NCBI GenBank assembly: GCA_002296185.1
Contig: DBHM01000027.1
Location: 1 to 59,006, forward strand
Reading direction: 5' to 3'
DNA length: 59,006 bases
DNA from: Alphaproteobacteria bacterium UBA828
Lineage (GTDB): Bacteria; Pseudomonadota; Alphaproteobacteria; UBA828
Shown here: positions 9,057-18,000 of the stretch, piece after piece
Numbering within the stretch: position 1 is the stretch's first letter
Layout of the letters: the number at the start of each line of letters is the position of its first letter
Translations under genes and position numbers: made by a program
Notes under the pieces: model-generated
What the model saw: only the letters and a program-made list of their open reading frames with translations
The model's database searches: none
Told to the model about the DNA's origin: nothing

Positions 9057-10267
9057 GATTTATCTACTTCTAGCTGTGTTATGGGGTTTAGGGGTTTCCA
9101 AGCGACATGAGATCCAATTGGTGTTGCTCGTGAAATTGATATTCTATTCAGCTTTCCTCCATAATTTTCATAGAATTTCTGCAAGGTATATTCACTTTTG
9201 ATAGTAACGGCATTTGCCACTAATCGTCCTCCTGGTTTTAGCCGTTGCCAGCATTCATCAAGAACACCTGGAATGCTAATACCTCCTCCAACAAAAATAG
9301 CATCTGGGTCAGGAAGAGAAATGAAGGAATTAGGAGCTAGACCATGTTCAATTTTTAGTCTTGGTACACCAAGGTTATTTGCATTCTCAGCAATAAGTAC
9401 ACAAACATCTTTGTTTTTCTCCAGGGCTATAGCTTCATTGTTGGAGTTAGCTAAAAGCCATTCAATACTGATAGATCCAGAGCCTGCGCCTATATCCCAG
9501 AGTAATCCGGTAAGCATCGGCTTTAGCGCAGATAATGTAAGAACTCGTATCTCTCTTTTTGTCAATAAGCTGCTATTACGGAATGCCTTATCAGGAAGAC
9601 CTAATCCCCCCGCAAACCTCTTTGCTCGATCCTCAGATTTACACTCAATTGCTATAGTATTTAATTTTTCTAAATGTGTTTCTTTCCAGTTTTGAGCTGT
9701 ACAGGTTATTTTTTTTTCTTTACTTCCACCCAAGTTCTCAAAAACATGAATTATACTTTTCCCATATCCTAAATTTGTTAGTTCTTTTGCTACTTTAATT
9801 GGGGTTTCTCCGTTTTGAGTGAGCGAAATAATACGAGCATTATCAGCAAGTTTACTACGCAATATTTCCAAAGGTCTGCCATGAAGAGATATCAGGTCAA
9901 CCTTATTACTTGGCCAGAGCAAGCGTGAACAAACCATGCTAAAAGCAGATAAGTATGGGGTAACAGACATTTCGGCGCCTGAGAAGTGTTCCGATAAAGT
10001 AACCCCAATGCCAAAATGCATAGGATCTCCTGTAGAGAGTACAACTACAGACATTCCTTTATGAGCCGCTATTTCATTTATAGTTTTAGAGATAGGTGTT
10101 TGCCAAACAATACGTTTAAAATCTTGAGGAAGAGCAGACTCAATTATTTTAAAATGTCTTTCAGCCCCAACTATCACCCGGGCCTCTTTGATTAATTTTA
10201 AAGAGTGGGTGCATAGACTCTCTTCCCCGTTTTCACCAATCCCAATGATATTTAACCAGGCACTCAT
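9053..10267 (-). CDS. cobL: Precorrin-6Y C5,15-methyltransferase (decarboxylating), CbiE-CbiT fusion
   Basis: WLNIIGIGENG, STGDPMHFGIG, SLHGR, GLPD, LTKREIR, WDIGAGSGSI, GGRLVANAVT. Confidence 0.95.
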   Translation of the reverse strand: MSAWLNIIGIGENGEESLCTHSLKLIKEARVIVGAERHFKIIESALPQDFKRIVWQTPISKTINEIAAHKGMSVVVLSTGDPMHFGIGVTLSEHFSGAEMSVTPYLSAFSMVCSRLLWPSNKVDLISLHGRPLEILRSKLADNARIISLTQNGETPIKVAKELTNLGYGKSIIHVFENLGGSKEKKITCTAQNWKETHLEKLNTIAIECKSEDRAKRFAGGLGLPDKAFRNSSLLTKREIRVLTLSALKPMLTGLLWDIGAGSGSISIEWLLANSNNEAIALEKNKDVCVLIAENANNLGVPRLKIEHGLAPNSFISLPDPDAIFVGGGISIPGVLDECWQRLKPGGRLVANAVTIKSEYTLQKFYENYGGKLNRISISRATPIGSHVAWKPLNPITQLEVDKS

Positions 10268-10893
10268 TAGATTCCCCTTGCTAGGGCATTAAGGGCTGCT
10301 ACAGCCATAGCACTTCCTCCCAATCTACCTCTCACTGCAATAAATGGAATACCTCTATTATCATTAATCAGTGCCTCTTTGCTTTCTGAGGCGCCGACAA
10401 AACCTGGCGGTGTTGCGATTACTAGGGCGGGTGTATTGTTTGGTGTGTCAATAATTTCAAGAAGACGAAAGAGAGCTGTAGGAGCATTTCCAATAACTAC
10501 AATAGAATTCTTTAGAAAGGGTTGCCAGAGATCAACTGCCGCCATAGCTCGGGTAATTTTAGTGTTAGTACTAATTTTTCGAGTCCTATCATCATTCAGT
10601 GTGCATAAGATATTATTATTTTTTGGAAGGGCTGAAAGATCTATTCCAGCCGTTACCATATTAACATCTACTATTATTGTTGCTCCTTCGCTGAGTGCTT
10701 GCTGACCTGATGAGACCGCATTTTTTGAAAAATCAATATAATTGTGTAACTCTGTTATTCCGCAGGTATGTATCATACGGCTAGCAATTGGACGCATATT
10801 TTTAGGTAAAATTTCGAGATTTATTTCGCGCTCAATAATATTGAATGAACGCCTAGTAATCTCCTCTGGATCTCTAATATAATTATTATTCAT
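10267..10893 (-). CDS. cobH: Precorrin-8X methylmutase
   Basis: RMIHTCG, VIGNAPTALF, PPGFVGASESKEAL, RGRLGGSAMAVAALNA; ATG 10893 overlaps the cbiX stop by 8 nt (alternative start 10905). Confidence 0.95.
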   Translation of the reverse strand: MNNNYIRDPEEITRRSFNIIEREINLEILPKNMRPIASRMIHTCGITELHNYIDFSKNAVSSGQQALSEGATIIVDVNMVTAGIDLSALPKNNNILCTLNDDRTRKISTNTKITRAMAAVDLWQPFLKNSIVVIGNAPTALFRLLEIIDTPNNTPALVIATPPGFVGASESKEALINDNRGIPFIAVRGRLGGSAMAVAALNALARGI

Positions 10894-11812
10894 TATGCTT
10901 ATCATGATTGTGACTGTGATGGTGTTGCTCTGATTCAGTTCCTATCCCCTCAACATGGTGGTGATGTCCAACTTGAGCGGCCCCATGATCATGCTCATAG
11001 CCTATTATTTGCTCGCGATATTTACAGAGCTGACAATTCATTACATTTTTACCTATTGTGATTTCATCTAACCGGGAAATGAAGCTGTCAACGACTAATG
11101 GATGATCACCAAGATACTTGGCTACAGAAAAATTTATATCTTTGTAGTTTTCCCTTGCCTCATTGACGGCGTCATAAATTCTTTTTACCAAAACACCAGT
11201 GAAGAGAAAGTATGGGAAGACCATTATTCGATTAAATCCAAGTTTTACAACCTTTTCCAAAGCTGGTCGGATTAGTGGATAAGTGACTCCTGTATAAGCT
11301 ACCTCTGCCCAACCAAAATTCATTCCTTCCCAAAGCATACGTGTAACCTTTGATATATTTGAATTTGCGTCTGGATCAGAGGTTCCTCGTCCTACAACAA
11401 GTAGTAATGTATCTTCACGAGAAATAAATTCAGAGCAATTTTGTTCTGCATTTTCAATGCGAGCACGACTTGCTGCAATAAGTTTAGGGTGAATAGCTAG
11501 TTCACGGCCATAAGAAATTTCAAAACCATCATTATCAGCAATAAAATTATTTAATACAGAAGGAATATCATTTTTTGCATGACCTGCAGCAAATAGCATG
11601 CCTGGCAAAGCCTCAACGCGGCTTATACCTGAATTTCTCATTTGAGTTAGTTTTTCACCTATGGTAGGTCGAGCAAACTCAAGAAAACCATGATCTACAA
11701 ACCTATTTGGTAGACGTTTTGTTATAAGTTTTGCAAGATTCTGAAACTCCGAGACAGCTTCAATATCTCGACTACCATGGCCGCAGAGTAGAATGGCTGG
11801 TTCATCTGCCAT
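10886..11812 (-). CDS. cbiX: Long-form CbiX sirohydrochlorin chelatase with C-terminal Cys motif and His-rich tail
   Basis: LLCGHGSRD, FLEFARP, AGHAKND, second lobe VGRGTSDPDAN, MNCQLCKYR, GHHHHVEG...QHHHSHNHDKH; strong AGGAG SD. Confidence 0.92.
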   Translation of the reverse strand: MADEPAILLCGHGSRDIEAVSEFQNLAKLITKRLPNRFVDHGFLEFARPTIGEKLTQMRNSGISRVEALPGMLFAAGHAKNDIPSVLNNFIADNDGFEISYGRELAIHPKLIAASRARIENAEQNCSEFISREDTLLLVVGRGTSDPDANSNISKVTRMLWEGMNFGWAEVAYTGVTYPLIRPALEKVVKLGFNRIMVFPYFLFTGVLVKRIYDAVNEARENYKDINFSVAKYLGDHPLVVDSFISRLDEITIGKNVMNCQLCKYREQIIGYEHDHGAAQVGHHHHVEGIGTESEQHHHSHNHDKHNE

Positions 11813-11858
11813 TGATTTCTCCTAAATCCTGGGAATTGACTGTGATGGATATGAGCAT
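11802..11858 (-). CDS. Putative 18-aa linker ORF MLISITVNSQDLGEINGR overlapping the cbiX start
   Basis: AAGGAG (11870-11865) lies 6 nt before ATG 11858; TGA at 11804-11802 overlaps the cbiX ATG by 11 nt. Not in the ORF track; translation unproven. Confidence 0.3.
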   Translation of the reverse strand: MLISITVNSQDLGEINGR

Positions 11859-11870
11859 CATGCTCTCCTT

Positions 11871-12896
11871 ATGGAAAATTTAATGATATGGTACTTCCCT
11901 GACTGGTCTTTTATGGACTGGGCCACAGGCCCTGGCAATGCCTTGATTCTTATTTTTGCCCTTATTCTTGATGGAATAATAGGCGATCCTCGCTGGTTTC
12001 CTCATCCAGTTCGGGGTATAGGGATAATTATTCAGCTCTTCGACAAAGTTTTGAATCGTAGTATTTTTAGTGAGACCCTTAAAAAGGCATTGGGTCTTTT
12101 GACTGTTATTTTTATTGTTGGAGCAATGTTTGTAGCCGGATGGTTTCTTGGAGGATATGCCAAAAGCATTCCTTATTGTTGGCTCATTGAACTCTTTTTT
12201 ATTACTATTTTGATGGCTCAGCGGAGTATGGTAGATCATGCAACTTTGGTGGTCACGCAAATGCGCCATAATGGTATTTCTGGCGGTAGGGCTGCTGTAG
12301 GCCTCATAGTTGGAAGAGAAGTCTCTAAATTGGATGAAAAAGGTATTTCGCGAGCAACCATTGAGAGTACCGCAGAGAGCTTTACTGATGGAGTTTTTGC
12401 TCCGATATTCTGGTATCTGCTCTTGGGGTTGCCGGGTCTTTTCGCTTATAAATCTATTAGTACCCTCGATAGTATGGTTGGATATAAAACAACAAAATAT
12501 ATGGCTTTTGGTATGGCTGCGGCAAAGACTGATGACTTTGCCAGCTGGATTCCTGCCCGTATCGCAGGGCTGATTATTGCTTTTGCAGCAATATTTATTC
12601 CTGGTGCATCTTTTAGGGGTGCGTTTTCTATTTTCTTCCGGGACTCTAGAAATCATAGTTCTCCCAATGCAGGGTATACCGAAGCTGCAATGGCCGGTGC
12701 TTTGGGTCTGAGACTTCTTGGCCCCAGGAAGTATAGTGGTGTTATTTCTGAAGACACTAGATGGTTGGGTGCGGGGGCTAAGGACGCAAATAAGGATGAC
12801 ATTATCCAAGCTATAAAGATTTTTTCTGTTGCTTGTTTTATCACTGGCGTACTGGTCGCTATATTGGCGGTAATAATTCAGTTTAGTATTTCCTAG
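11871..12896 (+). CDS. cobD: Adenosylcobinamide-phosphate synthase CbiB/CobD
   Basis: LDGIIGDPRWFPHPV, IVGRE, ESTAESFTDGVFAP, YKSISTLDSMVGY, SPNAGYTEAAMAGAL; exact start uncertain because ATG 11871 has no SD. Confidence 0.95.
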   Translation: MENLMIWYFPDWSFMDWATGPGNALILIFALILDGIIGDPRWFPHPVRGIGIIIQLFDKVLNRSIFSETLKKALGLLTVIFIVGAMFVAGWFLGGYAKSIPYCWLIELFFITILMAQRSMVDHATLVVTQMRHNGISGGRAAVGLIVGREVSKLDEKGISRATIESTAESFTDGVFAPIFWYLLLGLPGLFAYKSISTLDSMVGYKTTKYMAFGMAAAKTDDFASWIPARIAGLIIAFAAIFIPGASFRGAFSIFFRDSRNHSSPNAGYTEAAMAGALGLRLLGPRKYSGVISEDTRWLGAGAKDANKDDIIQAIKIFSVACFITGVLVAILAVIIQFSIS

Positions 12897-12911
12897 TGGG
12901 CTAACGTGCAT
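11880..12911 (-). other. 343-codon in-register antisense ORF spanning all of cobD; possible overlapping gene or translated spacer
   Basis: Listed in the ORF track; codon-aligned with cobD, which has no TTA/CTA/TCA after codon 4; ATG 12911 overlaps the cobQ stop by 11 nt. No recognisable protein motif. Confidence 0.35.
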
Positions 12912-14424
12912 GGGCTATCTCTATAATTCTATCAATATCAATTGATCCTTCAATTTTTTTTGCCAGACCATTTAGTGCTTCTTCCACTTCATTGTTCCAG
13001 TTTATCAATATATTATTAGCTCTTTCCTCTTCTCTCAAAGACGCAAGCCAAGCATGCCTGAAGGAGTCATTTTGGAAGATACCATGAATATAAGTTCCAG
13101 AAATATTTCCGCTCAGCGAAATTGCTCCGTCAATTTTTCCTGTACTTAATTTACACAACGGGCGTTCTAAGTCTGGTCCGTCTGTTTGGCCCATATGCAT
13201 TTCATATCCCTGGATCTCCGTATTAGTTTGTATGTGTTTACCGCTTACTTCTAAGAGAGTTTTTTCTTCTGTGATTCTAGTTGAAACATTAAGTAGTCCA
13301 AGACCTTCTTCTGTCCCTGGCGTGCCTTCAACGCCTATCTCGTCGTTAATTATTTTTCCTAGTATTTGAAATCCTCCACAGAGGCCTAGAATGATTCCCC
13401 CGCGACGAGCAAAAGCAATTATATCTGTATCCCAACCTTCCAATCTTAGATCTTTCAAATCAGCTCTTGTTGCTTTTGACCCAGGAATAATTAGTGCATC
13501 TATATTGGTGGGGATAACTTGCCCTGGTTGCAAAAAACTTACTTTAACATCTGGTTCTGCTATTAGAGGATCAATATCATCAAAATTTGAGATACGTGAT
13601 AGGCGAACAACCATTACATGAAGTGGGTCCAAATTATTTTTATTGGGAGGTTTATTGTACTCTTTATTTTTTTTATCTATACTTGATGAATCTTCTTCAG
13701 GCAGTATCGCTGCCTCAGATAGCCAGGGGACAACCCCAAGAAGGGGAGCTTTTATCCTATTTTCTAGTATAGTTTTTGCATCATCAAATAAGGATGTGTC
13801 GCCTCTAAACTTATTAACAATAAGCCCTTTTATCCTCTTTCGTTCAGAATCTGAAAGTAATTCGAAGGTTCCTACTAGACTCGCTATAACCCCCCCTCTT
13901 TCTATGTCGCCCACTAAAACTACGGGTAAATCTGCTGCTTCAGCGAATCCCATATTCGCCAAGTCTCCTTCACGTAGATTTACTTCTGCAGTGCTCCCAG
14001 CTCCCTCAACCAGAACAATATCAGCCTTTGAGCTAATAGAATAAAAACTATCGAGAACATGAGGCAGTAAAGTAGGTTTAAGAGAATGATATTCTCGCGC
14101 CTGTGCATTACATAAAACCCTTCCACGTACGATAACTTGTGAACCAATTTCACTTTGAGGTTTGAGTAAAATTGGATTCATATCTGATATTGGTAGGACC
14201 CCTGCTGCTCGTGCCTGTAACGCCTGTGCTCTACCAATTTCACCCCCTTCACAAATCGCAGCATTATTTGACATGTTTTGGGGTTTGAAGGGATATACAT
14301 TAAGCCCTCTAATTGCTAATGCTCGCGCTAATCCGCTAACTAACAAAGATTTTCCGACATCAGAACCAGTTCCTTGAATCATTACTGAAGGGGTATTACC
14401 CAATTTTGTTGGCAATGATGACAT
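12901..14424 (-). CDS. cobQ: Cobyric acid synthase
   Basis: MIQGTGSDVGKS, FKPQNMSNNA, EIGRAQALQA, VEGAGS, RISNFDD, GLCGGFQILG, GYEMHMG, GTYIHG. Confidence 0.97.
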   Translation of the reverse strand: MSSLPTKLGNTPSVMIQGTGSDVGKSLLVSGLARALAIRGLNVYPFKPQNMSNNAAICEGGEIGRAQALQARAAGVLPISDMNPILLKPQSEIGSQVIVRGRVLCNAQAREYHSLKPTLLPHVLDSFYSISSKADIVLVEGAGSTAEVNLREGDLANMGFAEAADLPVVLVGDIERGGVIASLVGTFELLSDSERKRIKGLIVNKFRGDTSLFDDAKTILENRIKAPLLGVVPWLSEAAILPEEDSSSIDKKNKEYNKPPNKNNLDPLHVMVVRLSRISNFDDIDPLIAEPDVKVSFLQPGQVIPTNIDALIIPGSKATRADLKDLRLEGWDTDIIAFARRGGIILGLCGGFQILGKIINDEIGVEGTPGTEEGLGLLNVSTRITEEKTLLEVSGKHIQTNTEIQGYEMHMGQTDGPDLERPLCKLSTGKIDGAISLSGNISGTYIHGIFQNDSFRHAWLASLREEERANNILINWNNEVEEALNGLAKKIEGSIDIDRIIEIAHAR

Positions 14425-14426
14425 GG

Positions 14427-15053
14427 CTAAAATTCTATGCCTTTTTGTGCCTTTACACCTTGACGGAAAGGGTGTTTCACCTCACTCATTTCTGTGACAA
14501 GATCTGCTATTTCCATAAGTTCGGGTTTTGCGTTTCTGCCTGTTGCGACAATATGCAGTTCCTTTCTTCTAGTTGATAGTATTTCAATGACACTTCTAAT
14601 CGGTAGATAGTCGTACCTGAGTACAATATTAATCTCGTCTAGTATTATCATGTTGTAGCTAGTGTCTTTGATAAGCTCTTGTGCCTTCATCCATGCTGAT
14701 TCAGCGGCGGTAATATCTCTTTGTCTGTCTTGGGTATCCCAGGTAAACCCTTCACCCATTACTGAGATGGTGCAAAATTCGGGGAATTTTTCTAAAACAA
14801 CTCTTTCACCAGTTTCCCATTTACCTTTAACAAATTGAACTATGCCTACTTTCATCCCGTTTCCTATAGCCCTAGAGGCTAATCCAAATGCAGCTGTTGA
14901 CTTTCCTTTACCCTTTCCGGTGTGAACAATAAGCAGACCTTTCTCTATAGTTTTGGTAGCTAAAACCCTGTCTCTGGCAGCTTTTTTCTTAGCCATACGA
15001 TCAGCGTGATGGCGGTTCAACTCAGACTCACTCATTTGATCACGTTTCTTCAA
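14427..15053 (-). CDS. cobO: Cob(I)yrinic acid a,c-diamide adenosyltransferase
   Basis: HTGKGKGKSTAAFG, QFVKG, GEGFTW, LDEIN, TGRNA, KHPF...AQKGIEF; start may be ATG 15035. Confidence 0.96.
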   Translation of the reverse strand: MKKRDQMSESELNRHHADRMAKKKAARDRVLATKTIEKGLLIVHTGKGKGKSTAAFGLASRAIGNGMKVGIVQFVKGKWETGERVVLEKFPEFCTISVMGEGFTWDTQDRQRDITAAESAWMKAQELIKDTSYNMIILDEINIVLRYDYLPIRSVIEILSTRRKELHIVATGRNAKPELMEIADLVTEMSEVKHPFRQGVKAQKGIEF

Positions 15054-15058
15054 TTGTT

Positions 15059-18000
15059 TTATTCCTCTATCTTATAATTTAAGACCTCATCGATTAAAGC
15101 TGCATACTGGTTACTTTGTGGCTTCCAAAGATTTCTATCAACTGCTTCCCTAAATCTTGAGGCTATTTCTTTTAACGCTGATGGATTGGCGTTTAAAATG
15201 AAGTCGTGTACTTCTTGGTTTACTATATACGCATCAAATAATTGTTCAAAATGATGGTTTTCAACGGCATTTGTAGTTGCTGCGAATGCGAATAAATAGT
15301 CAAGCGTTGCTGAAATTTCAAAGGCACCCTTATATCCATGTTTCATGACGCCTCTAATCCATTTTGGATTGGCAGCCCTTCCTCTAACAACTCTACTAAT
15401 TTCTTCACTTAGGGAACGAATCACAGGATTTGCAGGATTACTGTGGTCATTATGATATATGGAGGGTGCTTTACCTTTTTGGGACTTTTGGACAGCTGCG
15501 GATAAACCACCTTCAAATTGGTAATAATCATCACTGTCTAATATATCGTGCTCTCGATTGTCTTGATTTTGAATTATTGCTTGGACTCTACTTAAGCGTT
15601 CTTCAAATAGTTCGTAATCTGGTTCTCCCTGGCAGTCTGCTCCGTAGACCCATCCTCCCCAGGTTATATAGGCATCCGCTAAATCCTCCCTTCTTTTCCA
15701 CCCACTCTCATCAATTAGTGCCTGTAATCCTGCCCCATAGGACCCGGGCATGGAGCCGAAAATTCGTCGGCTTGCTCTAAGGGCTGCTGTATTTTTGTCT
15801 ACTCCCTTTCGTTGCATCAAGTTTGTTTCAAGTTTAACTTGTGCTGCAAAGGGATTTATAAACTCATTCTCGTCTAGTTTGCTAATAGCTCGGGTTGCAG
15901 AGTCAAAAAGAGAAATGAGTCCTGGAAAAGCATCGCGGAAGAAACCTGATATGCGTAAAGTTACATCTACTCGAGGCCGGTCCAACAAGTTTTGAGGAAG
16001 GATTTCAAATCCTGTTACTCTGCCGTTATGATTGTCCCATGTTGGACGTGCGCCAATTAGAGCCATTGCTTGAGCGATATCATCTCCACCAGTTCTCATA
16101 CAAGCAGTTCCCCAAGCGCTAATAGCCATATTTTTTGGCCATTCTCCGTGCTCCTGAGCGTATTGTTCGCAAACCCTTTGGGCAGATTTCCAGCCTAGTA
16201 GCCATGCTGCATTAGTAGGTAGTGAACGAGTATCAACAGAATAAAAATTTCTTCCAGTAGGTAAAACTTCTGGCCTTCCCCTACTCGGTGCGCCAGAAGG
16301 CCCAGGAGGAACAAAACGGCCATCAAGGGCGGTCAAAAGCCCCTCTACTTCCTTAGGTCCGCTTTCATATAAAGCTGGACGTATGCGAGAATTAATTTCC
16401 TTAAGAATAGGAAGTGTTTTTGACCATTTAGCTTTGGGTGGTTGCTCCATCGCGACAAGTTTAGAAGCCAATATCTCGAGCCGCTCCACTGTATCTCCAT
16501 AAGTTCTCCAAGAATTTTCGTTAGCCAGCTCGTAAGGTTTCGGTCCATCCCATATTGCCCCCATATCGCAATCTAAGGGGTCAAAGCCGAGCCCTAAATC
16601 ATTACTTAGTGCTTGAGTTATAGAACAGTCTTTTTCCTCAGATCCTCTTGGTACGCGAGTCAGGGAAACAAGAAAATCTGCAGTTTTTGATTCATCAGGT
16701 GTCTTACCAAATATATGTAGGCCATCACGGATTTGCATTTCTTTAATCTCGCATAAGTATGTATCAACTTTTGATAATGCTGTCTCAGTGCTATCATTCT
16801 CATTAATTCCACAATCCAGGTCTAAGCCTATAGATTGGACGAGACTCAAAATATTCTCTGATAGCGGCTTTAGCCGGCGTTTATCTAGGTGGCTCGCCTC
16901 AAAATATTCATCAATTAGTGTTTCTAATTCACCTAATTCACCATGTGTGTCAGCTCTTGTTAGTGGGGGTGTAAGGTGGTCAATAATGACAGCCTGAGTC
17001 CGTCGTTTCGCTTGGCTACCTTCTCCAGGGTCATTGACAATGAACGGATAAATATTGGGAGTAGGACCGAGTATTGCATCCGGATAACAATCGGCTGATA
17101 GAGCTAATGATTTCCCAGGAAGCCACTCTAGACTCCCGTGTTTTCCAACATGAACTATTGCATCTGCGGAGAAATTTTTTCTAGCCCAGAAATACGCTGC
17201 GAAGTATCCGTGGGGCGGAACAAGTGCTGGATCGTGATAAGTTTTAGTTGGATCAATATTATATCCCCTCGCAGGTTGTATCATGACACAAATTTTTCCG
17301 AAGCATTTAGCTGGTAGAGAAAAATGATCTCCCAATTTGTCTTTTCTAAAAAATGGATCATTAATAGGTCCCCCCCATCTTTTTTCAACAGCGGACCTGA
17401 TTTCTTCTGATAGAGAAGAAAAAAATAATTGATAATCCGTTAAGGTAACCTTTTCTGTATATTTGTGCTTCTCACTTACTTCTTTGTTGTTTGTTACACC
17501 ATTTAGTAAGTGATCCATGAGACCTTTTCCTGTTAGGCAACTAGTGCCTACATCATAACCCTCTTCTCCAAGTATTCTTATGATTCTAGCAGTACTTTCG
17601 GGGGTATCTAATCCAACACCATTTCCAATTCTCCCATTACGGTTTGGATAATTTGCTAATACCATTAATATTTTTTTCTTATATCTTGGAGTTTTTCTTA
17701 AGTGCGCCCATGATTTAGTAAGCTTTGATACAAACTTTATACGTTCTTCATCGGGCTTTAATGATATTAGAGATGTCTGAGTTTGATCGTCACGTTTATC
17801 TTCTGTTTTAAACGCAATTGCACGAGAAAAAATTCTCCCGTCAACCTCTGGAAGTGCGACATGCATAGCTATATCTCTTGCAGTGAGTCCATACGTTTCT
17901 TCCTTCCACATTTCAATTGTTTGACTCGAAAAAGCTACCTGAAGAATGGGAGCGTCAAAATCGTCTAAGGGGGATTTCCTAGTCTTCCCTGGCGATGAAA

